Shown here piece by piece: positions 18,545-27,349 of a stretch of 37,468 nucleotides of DNA. The first letter of the stretch is position 1. Every line of letters starts with the position of its first letter. The notes beneath the pieces were generated by a model that did no database searches, was not told the origin of the DNA, and saw only the letters and a list, made by a program, of their open reading frames with translations. A program made the position numbers and the translations under genes. This DNA comes from a bacterium. GTDB taxonomy: Bacteria; SZUA-182; DTGQ01; JAFGSM01. The stretch lies in the NCBI GenBank assembly GCA_049472315.1, contig JBLIRN010000031.1:1-37468 (forward strand), given 5' to 3'.

Positions 18545-19105
18545 CTATTCCCCTTCGTTCGAAGCGCCCTTGCGGGATTTCTTCCCTTCGGCCACCTCAT
18601 GGAGAATGCTGATCGCGGACTCCGGGGTGACCGCATCGTAATAGGTCCCGTCGACGATCATGACCGGGGCCAAGGCACATGCCCCCACGCAGTTTACCGG
18701 CTTAAAGGTGAACTTCCGGTCCGGGCTGGTACCTCCGGCCTCTACCGAAAATTCGCGCTGTATGGCCTCGGCCACCTTGCCCGCACCCTTCAGAAAGCAC
18801 ACCGTCCCCATGCAAAGGGTGATCTGGTGCTCTCCAGGAGGCGCCAGGCGGAACATGGCGTAGAAGGTGGCTACGGAAAATATCTGGCTGAGGGGAACCT
18901 CCATGCGCAGGGAGAGCTCCTTGAGGACATCCACGGGAAGGTACTGGCATTCCTCCTGTATGTCCTGCATGATGGGTATCAGCATCCCCCTTTTTCGGTT
19001 GTAGCGATCCAGAATGCGCTCCACAAGCTGTGAAGGGCCCTCCGTGGTGCCTGCCGTACTTGTTTTGATCGGGCGTTTTTTGGTGGTACCGTTATCCTTT
19101 TTCAT
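18545..19105 (-). CDS. NuoE/HydC-like [2Fe-2S] subunit
   Basis: LIPIMQDIQEECQYLP, VATFYAMF, CMGTVCFLKG, CVGACALAP; start at 19105 or 19111. Confidence 0.95.
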   Translation of the reverse strand: MKKDNGTTKKRPIKTSTAGTTEGPSQLVERILDRYNRKRGMLIPIMQDIQEECQYLPVDVLKELSLRMEVPLSQIFSVATFYAMFRLAPPGEHQITLCMGTVCFLKGAGKVAEAIQREFSVEAGGTSPDRKFTFKPVNCVGACALAPVMIVDGTYYDAVTPESAISILHEVAEGKKSRKGASNEGE

Positions 19106-19120
19106 GCACATCCCCTTTTA

Positions 19121-20263
19121 TCAAAAGTATTCTATCGAACACTCCTTGTTCCGCTTGATGAGGTAATCCTGGAGCTCTCGTGCCAATTCGGTCTTGATCT
19201 CCACCGGAAGGTTCGGGTCCTGATGCGCCGGGTTCTTGGCCTGTCCAACCAGGAGCCTGATGCTGTCCGCCTCCTCCAGCAGCCTCAGCAAGGCGCTTGA
19301 GCTGTCCACCGAGAACCTTCGGGAACATGCGGTGAGCCCGTTCTGGAGCATTGTTACCAGGCGGGTCATGGTCAGCACCCCTTCGGTCACCAGGTCGATG
19401 CCGTCGATATGTCCCAGGGGAGGGACATCCTCGGTCATGGTGCCCAGATCCACCGAGAGTTCCTTGCCCAGATGCCGTGCCACGATGTTCGCCGTTGTGC
19501 CGCCGCACACCACCCGCCGTCCCTCGGCGTTCATAAGGTCTGCAACGACTATCGGGTCCTCCTGGTGATTGAGGGGCGGACCGAACAAAATGGTCAGGAA
19601 CCGCTTGTTGCGCACCTTGATAACGGCTACGGTCACATCGTCACCGGGTGGGCCCGCATACAGGCTGCTCACCGTTTCCAGGGTGCTGTTCACGACCTCC
19701 TCGGCGGATACCGGATCAGCGAGATGGTTCGCCAGGTAGTGCGCCACCTGCTCCCAGCCCCAGCCGAGGGGATAGAGCCCTCCGATCCCGGCGCTGATAA
19801 CCCCGTCGGAGACGAATACGAGCCAGTCTCCGGTGTGTAATTTCAGATTGCATGCCCGTATATTCTTCTGGGAGATGGATGTGAGTTCCCAATTGAGCTC
19901 CTGAAGGTTGTTGCCCCTGAAAACAAAGGCCGATGGGCTGTCGAATTCCACCAAACGGCCCTCGCCGTCCGAAAAAAGCTGGGCTACGGAAAATGTGCTG
20001 TAGGCCAGCCGCCGCACCTTGCACACCGGTAGGGTCTCGGTGACGGTCTTTACCACCTCCCTGAGGGGCAACCCGTTGTCCAGCATGCACGTGAGCATGC
20101 GTGTGGTAAGTGTCGCCAGGATGTTCGCCTTGACACCGCTCCCCAATCCATCCGAGAGCACCATGGTGACATTGTTGTGGTGAGAGGAGAACGCCACGCT
20201 GTCTCCGCACAGCTCCTCGTGTGACTTGGAGATCTGCCCAGCGGCAAATTCATAGAAGAACAT
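19121..20263 (-). CDS. SpoIIE/PP2C-type Ser/Thr phosphatase (HfsC-like)
   Basis: EELCGDSV, LSDGLGSGVKANILATLT, TLPVCKVRRLAYSTF, VSDGVISAGIG, GDDVTV, VCGGTTANIVAR, DLVTEGVLTM, NPAHQDP. Confidence 0.92.
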   Translation of the reverse strand: MFFYEFAAGQISKSHEELCGDSVAFSSHHNNVTMVLSDGLGSGVKANILATLTTRMLTCMLDNGLPLREVVKTVTETLPVCKVRRLAYSTFSVAQLFSDGEGRLVEFDSPSAFVFRGNNLQELNWELTSISQKNIRACNLKLHTGDWLVFVSDGVISAGIGGLYPLGWGWEQVAHYLANHLADPVSAEEVVNSTLETVSSLYAGPPGDDVTVAVIKVRNKRFLTILFGPPLNHQEDPIVVADLMNAEGRRVVCGGTTANIVARHLGKELSVDLGTMTEDVPPLGHIDGIDLVTEGVLTMTRLVTMLQNGLTACSRRFSVDSSSALLRLLEEADSIRLLVGQAKNPAHQDPNLPVEIKTELARELQDYLIKRNKECSIEYF

Positions 20264-21920
20264 CACCCGGTGTTTCCTTCTCCTCAAAAAGATTCATGAG
20301 CTTGACAAGCAGCACCTTGGTTTCCGCAGTGGTTTCACCGAGCAGTCCCGCTATCTCCTGGGCCGTTTTCATCTGGCGACCGATGACCTCCTGTGCCCTT
20401 TGAAGGGTTTCGTCCTTCACCTTCACGAATTCCTCCCGGGCCTCCTCCTCTTCGGAGATATCATTCAGAATACCGCAAAAGAGCGCCTCTCCCGTGATCG
20501 GAAAGATACACGCCCGAAAACTCACCCCCAACTCCGGGATGCTTCTCTTGAAATTGGTGCTCTTGGCGCTTTTAATGGCCTCTTCGAAGCAGTCGGTATG
20601 AATGAAATCGGCGACCGGCCTCCCGAGCACGTTTTCCCCTTCACACTTGAACATGCGGTAAAATGAGGGATTTGCAAAACGTATCCTGGTGTCCGTATCC
20701 ACGAGCACCACCCCATTCGGGGTGTACTCCAGTATGGAGAGGGTCTCCTGCCCCTGCGTCCGTATCATGGGCACGCAGATCTCCACATCCGCCATCCCCT
20801 CGCACACGGCCTTTGCCTTCTGCATACAACTGTCGTATCCGCAAATGCCACAGTCGAGGTGACTGGTGTGGTGGCGCAGCACGTAGTTGACCTCCTCCTG
20901 ACTCGTTTTCGGGGGCACGAAAGGCCTGGGCCTGGGCTTCCTTGTAAGGTCCGCCGCTACGACAAGTGACTCCGGCGCATGGACGACTCCCGTGGCAAGG
21001 GCGAATCGCCTGCTTATGGCATCCTGCTTTGTCCGCAGGAAGGGGCCGTTGATACATCCGCCCGGGCATGCCATGAGATCCGCAAATTCAAGACCGGATT
21101 CCTCGGAGGGAAGATTTTTCAGGAATTTGATACAATCCTCTAACCCTGAAATGGAGATGCTCCTGCCCCCGACAATCGACTCCTTGAGATCAAGCGATGA
21201 GAGCAACCCTCCGGAAACCGCAAGCGCCCCCGCAGAACCCAGACGCTGCCTTTTGCGGTTTTCGATGGATAGGGGCGAAATCTCCATCCCCTCCTCCACA
21301 AACCAGTTTTCCAACTCGAGCAGTGTCAGCACTGCGTCAAGGTCGTCTCCCTCCCGGAGCCGTTGGGCAAGGCAGGGACCGACGTAGATCACTCGGCAGG
21401 GGCCCTTTTCCCGTGACTTGATGATGCGTGCGTGACAGAGTGCAGGGTCGGCTACAGGTGCAAGATGATTCAATGCCTCGGGGAAGTATTTCTCCATCAG
21501 TTCGCAGACGGCGGGGCAGTGAGAGGAGATGACCGGCCGTGCAAGACCGGGCAATACCCGCTCGTATTCCCTGACCATGGCGGCGCCGGCGTCTGCCATA
21601 TATTCCACCCCTGCAAATCCTAGTTTCATAAGGGCATCCGTGATTCCCTCGAGATTCTCCCCGAATGCCAGGGCTGTAGTTGGAGACAGGCTTGCAATAA
21701 CCCGTTCCTTCGCACGGATGTATTTCTTTACCCTGTTTACCTCCCCGACCGCCTGAATTGCGCCCTGGGGGCAAAAGGTGATACACCGCCCGTCAAAGAT
21801 GCAGCGCCTTTCTTCGATTTGCACCGCCCCCTTGCAGATCCTTATTGCCTTGAGCGGGCAGGATCGCAGGCATTTGTAGCAATCCCTGCAATGGGAAGGG
21901 GTGGTCGTAATGAGGGGCAT
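20250..21920 (-). CDS. Sensory [FeFe]-hydrogenase-like protein with PAS domain (HfsB/HydS, group C-like)
   Basis: CRDCYKCLRSCP and CIFDGRCITFCP ferredoxin motifs; H-cluster-like SSHCPAV, GPCLAQ, DLMACPGGCINGP; DCGICGYDSC FeS domain; PAS; C-terminal QMKTAQEIAGLLGETTAETK. Confidence 0.9.
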   Translation of the reverse strand: MPLITTTPSHCRDCYKCLRSCPLKAIRICKGAVQIEERRCIFDGRCITFCPQGAIQAVGEVNRVKKYIRAKERVIASLSPTTALAFGENLEGITDALMKLGFAGVEYMADAGAAMVREYERVLPGLARPVISSHCPAVCELMEKYFPEALNHLAPVADPALCHARIIKSREKGPCRVIYVGPCLAQRLREGDDLDAVLTLLELENWFVEEGMEISPLSIENRKRQRLGSAGALAVSGGLLSSLDLKESIVGGRSISISGLEDCIKFLKNLPSEESGLEFADLMACPGGCINGPFLRTKQDAISRRFALATGVVHAPESLVVAADLTRKPRPRPFVPPKTSQEEVNYVLRHHTSHLDCGICGYDSCMQKAKAVCEGMADVEICVPMIRTQGQETLSILEYTPNGVVLVDTDTRIRFANPSFYRMFKCEGENVLGRPVADFIHTDCFEEAIKSAKSTNFKRSIPELGVSFRACIFPITGEALFCGILNDISEEEEAREEFVKVKDETLQRAQEVIGRQMKTAQEIAGLLGETTAETKVLLVKLMNLFEEKETPGDVLL

Positions 21921-22177
21921 TATTCCTTTCCTGTCAAGGGGGTTATAATTTGTTCCCGGAAGATTTGCTCCGCCTCGTGAATGTCCTTGCAGCTATATAA
22001 TGTATCCCCGATCTTCCAGTTGAAACCTTCGCCGCAATGTTCGAGGCAAAAGGAGCCCTTGAGCGATACCATATCCTCAAGCTTATACTCGGCAATGAGC
22101 TTGTTAAGCTGTTCGATAAATGTCCTGGAACCCTTTACATGGCAAGAACTGCCGACGCATACGGTTACCTCGATCAC
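21920..22177 (-). CDS. Small thioredoxin-like [2Fe-2S] protein (HfsA-like)
   Basis: VTVCVGSSCHVKGS...LKGSFCLEHC; stop overlaps the start of the HfsB-like gene. Confidence 0.9.
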   Translation of the reverse strand: MIEVTVCVGSSCHVKGSRTFIEQLNKLIAEYKLEDMVSLKGSFCLEHCGEGFNWKIGDTLYSCKDIHEAEQIFREQIITPLTGKE

Positions 22178-22259
22178 AATACTCCCCCCAATACTGAGAA
22201 TGAACGGGGCGGTGTAAAACTCTGAGGTGATCTGCGGATAAAGGGACTTCCTGACAGAT

Positions 22260-22784
22260 CTACAGTTTTTCCGTCCCTGCTAAGGCAGCCAATTCCCTCC
22301 TGGCGGCCAGGTCTCGTTTTTTCTCGTTGATTTCATCGATGCTCAAGAACTTCAGCGCACCGGTCGGGCATGCCTCGACGCATGCGGGGAGCCTTCCCTT
22401 TTGCTCGCGCTCCACGCACCGGTCGCACTTGACGGCAGCCCTGCCTTCGTCGGAGAGGGATATGACACCGAACGGACAAACAACCATGCAGAATGTACAT
22501 CCTATGCACCTTCTCTCATGGATGATCACCGGCTCCTGAGGGCCAAGCTTTTCGATCGCCTTGGTCGGGCAGACCGCGACGCACGGCGCATCCTCGCAGT
22601 GACGACACTGCAGTGGTACGGCAGTTCCTTCCGCGACCACCATGTGGAGCCGCGCCTTGGGCCGCGGTGTTTCGGATACGGCCTCGATCCTGTTCTTCGA
22701 CGTGGAGTGTTCCACAGCACAGGCAAAGATACAGCTTCGGCATCCCAGGCATTTCTCGATATCCAGGTAGATGACCTTCTTCAT
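22260..22784 (-). CDS. 4x[4Fe-4S] electron transfer protein (CooF/HydN/DmsB-like)
   Basis: CLGCRSCIFAC, CRHCEDAPCVAVCP, CIGCTFCMVVCP, KCDRC...PACVEACP; AAGGAG RBS before ATG 22784. Confidence 0.92.
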   Translation of the reverse strand: MKKVIYLDIEKCLGCRSCIFACAVEHSTSKNRIEAVSETPRPKARLHMVVAEGTAVPLQCRHCEDAPCVAVCPTKAIEKLGPQEPVIIHERRCIGCTFCMVVCPFGVISLSDEGRAAVKCDRCVEREQKGRLPACVEACPTGALKFLSIDEINEKKRDLAARRELAALAGTEKL

Positions 22785-22911
22785 GGTGCGCTCCTTCATT
22801 AAGGATTCGGTGGACCCATGCCTTATCATATGTGATCGGAAGCGGTCATTGGGTCCATCATCTTGAAATCATGATGATAAAATATATAACTCGTTGAGTT
22901 TCTTACAATTG

Positions 22912-22941
22912 ATTTTATCAAATAATCACAATCCCTGTCAA
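22912..22941 (-). promoter_or_regulatory. Possible sigma-70 promoter of the redox operon
   Basis: Minus strand TTGACA-N18-TAAAAT with TGn extended -10. Confidence 0.45.
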
Positions 22942-23420
22942 TGAGAAGTTTCAGGGGGTAATGCAGCGCATTCCTTGCAGGGGGCGTAAGTGTTCAGGGT
23001 GTCGAAAAGATCGGGTGGGTTCAATCTATATTATTTTGATTTTATTGGTTGAAATTCTTGGAAGCCCTAATTGCTCCATTTCTTGCGCAAGGGGTCAAAC
23101 AAGACTTCGTCAGGCGGAGCGAAGCGGAGCTACTCAGTTACCCTTACCTTTCTTACAATATATTGACCGATTACTGGAAATTTGACAAAAGCGGCTTTGG
23201 GATTTCGTTGCGCTAACCGGTGCGGCATTCAGGTGCCTGACAGGATACGACATGAAGGCTCAGGATCTATGGATACATACGTGAGGAGATTGAAGGAAAG
23301 ACGGAATCCGGGGAGGGTAAAAAACGGTGCGGCAAAAAGGGTGGCGGCAAAAACGGCAGGAACAGCCATGCACCAGCATGGTGCATGGAGGGTGTCGACC
23401 GGTCTGAGACGAGGAACTCC

Positions 23421-23798
23421 CTAATTCGTCTCCTCTTTCTTGATCAACGCGGTATTCTGCTCCCTCGGATCGGTGTGGACCAGGGATATCAGGCATCCTT
23501 CCTTCATGGCCAGATAATCGAAGCTGATGATCGCCGTGTTCTTTGCAGTGGGGTCCACCTTGATCTTTACGTTATTAAAGGGGTTGGCACTTGATACCAC
23601 CTTTGCATCCTGAATATCCATGTCATCCGGCAACACGATCTTCACCTGCTTGTCAATATTCTCGCTTCCTGAATTCCAGAGGACGATCTTCAAGGTGGTA
23701 AGATTTTTATTATGTCTGTCCTTTAATCTTTCGGTAAGAATGGCGGGCCTCCTTTCTCGTGCAATCAGGGTTCGTTTATTACCAACCGGTTTTGTTTT
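23421..23798 (-). pseudogene. Probable 5'-truncated gene remnant (hypothetical protein C-terminal part)
   Basis: Protein-like frame (...KNLTTLKIVLWNSGSENIDK...ISFDYLAMKEGCLISLVHT) stays open upstream of TTG 23693 to a stop at 23799-23801, with no ATG start. Confidence 0.4.
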
Positions 23799-23865
23799 CT
23801 ATCGCGATCAATACTCTAATCGGCCATTTCGCCCTGTTTCATCACCATGGTGTCTCCTCTCCATA

Positions 23866-25230
23866 CTACGGAATCAGCACGCGCGACTGCTTCCGGTTGG
23901 AGCCCATGTGAATGGTCACCATTGCCCTGCTTTCTCTTTTTGTCCGGGGTTCAACCCTCACCGTCGATTCCGTGGTCTGGTAATCAAAGAGGGTGGTCTT
24001 TGTCTCTGACGCGTACTCCACGTCTCCCTGCCAGACGCGCCTCAGCTCGAAGGTTATGGGCTTGTTTCGGTAATTCCTGACGCGTTCCCTCCACACCTGC
24101 TCCTCATCCCATCCATTGACGTTGTCATGCCGATCGAAGCTGAAATTGAGTCTCTTGGTGGATGCCTTGATCTCTTCATAGACCACCAGGTCGTCGGTGC
24201 CGAGATTCACCTCGATGTCCGCGGCAACGGGGACATAGCGGATGGTCTGTTCCCCCAAGTATGAGAGCCCCTCTTGCCCGTTTTCCCGGAATATCCTGAC
24301 CAGCCCGTCCGGCAGGGGCGATTCTCCCAGCTTGTGCCTTTCGTCGTTTGTCCAGATAAAGAAGCGCTGGGGCCTGGGGCCATACTGGTGTGCCCGCATT
24401 CGGTAGAGGATATCGAATGGCACCTGATCGGCCTTCACGGCGAGCATCCTCTTCGACCATCCGTCGGGAACGGTCTCCCTCCCCTCGATGGAAAACATAA
24501 AGTATTCGGAGAGGCCTTCCTTCACGATTCCCTTGGGTGCCGCCTGAGGCATCGAGGCGTCGGCGAGGGTTGCCTCCTGGAACATGGCCCTTTCCGCCAT
24601 GTCGAAGGATTCCTTTGCCGCCTTCATGCGCATCTCAGGATACGGGGGGCTCGGAGGCTCCGGTTTGGGGATCCCGTAGCGACGGGCGATGTCGGCGATC
24701 TTTTCAACGAGATTGATGTTCCCCACAATGAGACGCACCTCTGCATTCTCGTAATCCTCCCCCGAATTGTTGAACACCCTGACATATCCCCGAAACTGCA
24801 GGGATTCCTCTTTGGGGTCGGTTATCGCCACATAGTCCATACTCCAGGTAAGCCCGCTCGTAAAGTAGGATACCTCCACTCTTATCTGTCCCTCATAGGT
24901 CGAGTGGACGTTCCAGAGGAGGTGCTGCGGTTTCTCACCGAGGATCACGGTGTCGGCGAGCTCGATCGCATCGGCATGGGCGAGGGGCCTGAAATCGAGG
25001 CTGGTGGGATCGATGAGCGTGCCTGACCAGGAAAATTGAAGCCCGTTGATTCCCTTCTTCACGGTTATGTATCGGGTCTCCCTTACCAGGGTAAGGTCCT
25101 CGGAATTGTAGATGGTAAGCTGGACGCTCTCCCGGGAGGGGAGGGTCACCAGATCCACATTGTGTGCAAGGGCCCCGGAACGGAGCAGCAAAAGGAGAGG
25201 GGCCAGGATCAGTATGATATATCTCTTCAT
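23866..25230 (-). CDS. Exported DUF4139-like protein
   Basis: Signal peptide (MKRYIILILAPLLLLLRSGALA), VQLTIYNSEDLTLVRETR, SYFTSGLTW, NNSGEDYENA, LGESPLPDGLVRIF; AAGGAG RBS. Confidence 0.8.
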   Translation of the reverse strand: MKRYIILILAPLLLLLRSGALAHNVDLVTLPSRESVQLTIYNSEDLTLVRETRYITVKKGINGLQFSWSGTLIDPTSLDFRPLAHADAIELADTVILGEKPQHLLWNVHSTYEGQIRVEVSYFTSGLTWSMDYVAITDPKEESLQFRGYVRVFNNSGEDYENAEVRLIVGNINLVEKIADIARRYGIPKPEPPSPPYPEMRMKAAKESFDMAERAMFQEATLADASMPQAAPKGIVKEGLSEYFMFSIEGRETVPDGWSKRMLAVKADQVPFDILYRMRAHQYGPRPQRFFIWTNDERHKLGESPLPDGLVRIFRENGQEGLSYLGEQTIRYVPVAADIEVNLGTDDLVVYEEIKASTKRLNFSFDRHDNVNGWDEEQVWRERVRNYRNKPITFELRRVWQGDVEYASETKTTLFDYQTTESTVRVEPRTKRESRAMVTIHMGSNRKQSRVLIP

Positions 25231-25247
25231 GGCATGTGCTCCTTGTT

Positions 25248-26519
25248 CTACCAGAGGTTTTTGAGGGTGAAATGGAACCGCGTCGTCTTCTTCCTCACAT
25301 CGCCCTTGCTCCCTTTGGGATGAGGGGGGACCTCCAGGAGGAGTACGGGCATGGTGTGGCCCTGCTCGTAGGTGATCGTGATGTCCTTCGATGTTGTGCG
25401 CCCCGGTTCCCATTCCATGTCCCCGTGCGTATTCCCGAAGTATTCCTGCCCGATCCGATTCATCTGTTCCACGATCCGGAGGTTCACCGCCGTGTCCTTG
25501 TAGTTTTCGATCTCATACTTTATGACGACCTCCTGGTTATGAAGATTGCCACGGATATGGTGGCGGACGTTTTCCTCGATCGTCCTGGTGCACACAATAT
25601 CCCTGGCCTCACCAAGATACAGTTTCATTTCCTCGTCAAGGGGGGTGAGGGATGCCCAGTCTTCCCCCAGGAACGCCTCACCGTTTCGACCGTCATCAAT
25701 GAATATCCGGACCTTGCCCGGCTGCAGGGGAAAGAGCCCCATGCCGTGCTGTTCGTCATTGGTAAGGGTGAAGTGCATCAGGATCTTCGATGCGAAGGGT
25801 TTGTCCTGGTTAAGGGGGCCATGGGTGTACCAGTCAAAGGTGAAGGTCTTCTCAATGGGCACCTCCCCGAACCGGTGGATGAGCATCTTTATCTCCTGCG
25901 CCTGGCCTACCTGCCTTTCGAATTGATCGCCAAATCCGGCCCACACCTCGGCCTGACCGAAATCCTCTCCGGAATAGTTTCGCACCTCCAGGAAATTTTT
26001 AAGCAGGAGCCGTGTTTCATCCTTGTCTGAAAGGGCCCGATAGCTGAATTGCCGTGTGAGGTTCGCGATCAGGTAGCTTACCCGCACCTTGACTGCACAT
26101 GCCTCGTGTGCATATACCTCCCACACCAGTGCATTTTCGCCCGGCGGGTACGAGACGCTCACCACATTGACCTCGTCAACCGGCTCTCCCCCTCCCCCCG
26201 GGGTTATACTTTTCATCGGGCGGAAGGAGCCGCCGGTGCTGATGGCAAGCGGCCTGAATTGGATCGAGTTTTTGTCGATCCGGGTATTCGACCAACTGAA
26301 GTCGATGGTATTGTTCCCTGTGGCAGGCGACGACTTGAGAAGCGGGACGATCCGTTCCTCCTCCACCAGGGTATAGGCATCGTTGTCGAGCTGTATCTCC
26401 ACCACCTCCCGCATGGGGAGGGCGGCGAGTTTAACCCGTGCACCCGCCGGACAGGCAAAGGAAAGGATTATCACCGCTGCGGTCAAAACCGTGGATAATG
26501 ACCAAAAGACATGTCTCAT
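25248..26519 (-). CDS. Exported DUF4139-like protein (paralog of neighbour)
   Basis: Signal peptide (...ACPAGA), TLVEEER, FSWSNTRID, NYSGEDFGQA, PLQPGKVRIF...FLGED; GAGGAGG RBS before ATG 26519. Confidence 0.78.
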   Translation of the reverse strand: MRHVFWSLSTVLTAAVIILSFACPAGARVKLAALPMREVVEIQLDNDAYTLVEEERIVPLLKSSPATGNNTIDFSWSNTRIDKNSIQFRPLAISTGGSFRPMKSITPGGGGEPVDEVNVVSVSYPPGENALVWEVYAHEACAVKVRVSYLIANLTRQFSYRALSDKDETRLLLKNFLEVRNYSGEDFGQAEVWAGFGDQFERQVGQAQEIKMLIHRFGEVPIEKTFTFDWYTHGPLNQDKPFASKILMHFTLTNDEQHGMGLFPLQPGKVRIFIDDGRNGEAFLGEDWASLTPLDEEMKLYLGEARDIVCTRTIEENVRHHIRGNLHNQEVVIKYEIENYKDTAVNLRIVEQMNRIGQEYFGNTHGDMEWEPGRTTSKDITITYEQGHTMPVLLLEVPPHPKGSKGDVRKKTTRFHFTLKNLW

Positions 26520-27349
26520 GCCAACCTCCTCATGATCGATCCATGATTCCCGTAAGGGATGAAATTGATTTGTATCCGGATGTGTACCCCGCAAGGGTTT
26601 CCGGTATGCAAAGGTTGTCTGCATCATCCGCTTTATACTCTCTCATCGGCATAACGTAATGATTTATGCACAGGGTAAAATAGTCATAACTATATTGTTT
26701 TTGTTTGTGTTTTTTGTATCGGCGTATACAAATTTATATCCTTGCGGGGCCCATTCCATGAAGTGTGCCTCGGGCAGATTATTCCATGACCATTTGCCCT
26801 CTCCTCCTGGGCATTTTTATTCCTCAACCCATTTTGATCGGTATCAGACTACGGGATGCCGGAGGTGAATCGTGAGGTGTGGAAGGGATTATCCATAACG
26901 GATGCAAAGCCCTCTGCGTCTTTGTATAAAATAGATTGTTATCAATAGCTATCGGCATGTTCTCCTCCGTGGCTGCATTGAACATCATGGATACCGCACA
27001 GCGCCGGATGGATTTCGCCCCTCTATCATATCTCATAATAAGAGGGGCGAATCCGGAGGAAACCGCACATGAAATACGCACATACTTGCATCGTGCCCTC
27101 CTTTTTTCCGACTCACCCGCGCGATTTCCTCGTTACCTGTAGACCGGGCAATTATCAGGCCCACAGCCGGGATATTCCGGTAATTGCGCTCCCATGGGGA
27201 TTTTAACATCGTCGATGGGACAGAAAGGGAGTGATAGCACGTACAATGTCTTGGATGGGGTGATGGCCGGTGTTTTTCCCGGCGATTGTCTGGAACAACG
27301 AGAGGTTAGTCAAAAGATCGTATTACGCAAAAAATGGGGGAATGTTGTC

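Noticed and set aside
16608..19105. Respiratory complex I nuoEF
   Set aside because: No membrane nuo genes nearby; extra Fe-S domains and hfs context indicate a soluble HydBC-like module, so no nuo symbols were assigned.
22909..22931. FNR or Rex operator upstream of the redox operon
   Set aside because: TTGAT-N3-ATCAA has the wrong spacing for FNR (N4), and only one Rex half-site (TCACAA) matches.
26936..27142. 68-aa ORF in the long intergenic region
   Set aside because: TTG start without RBS and no recognisable family; cannot be supported.
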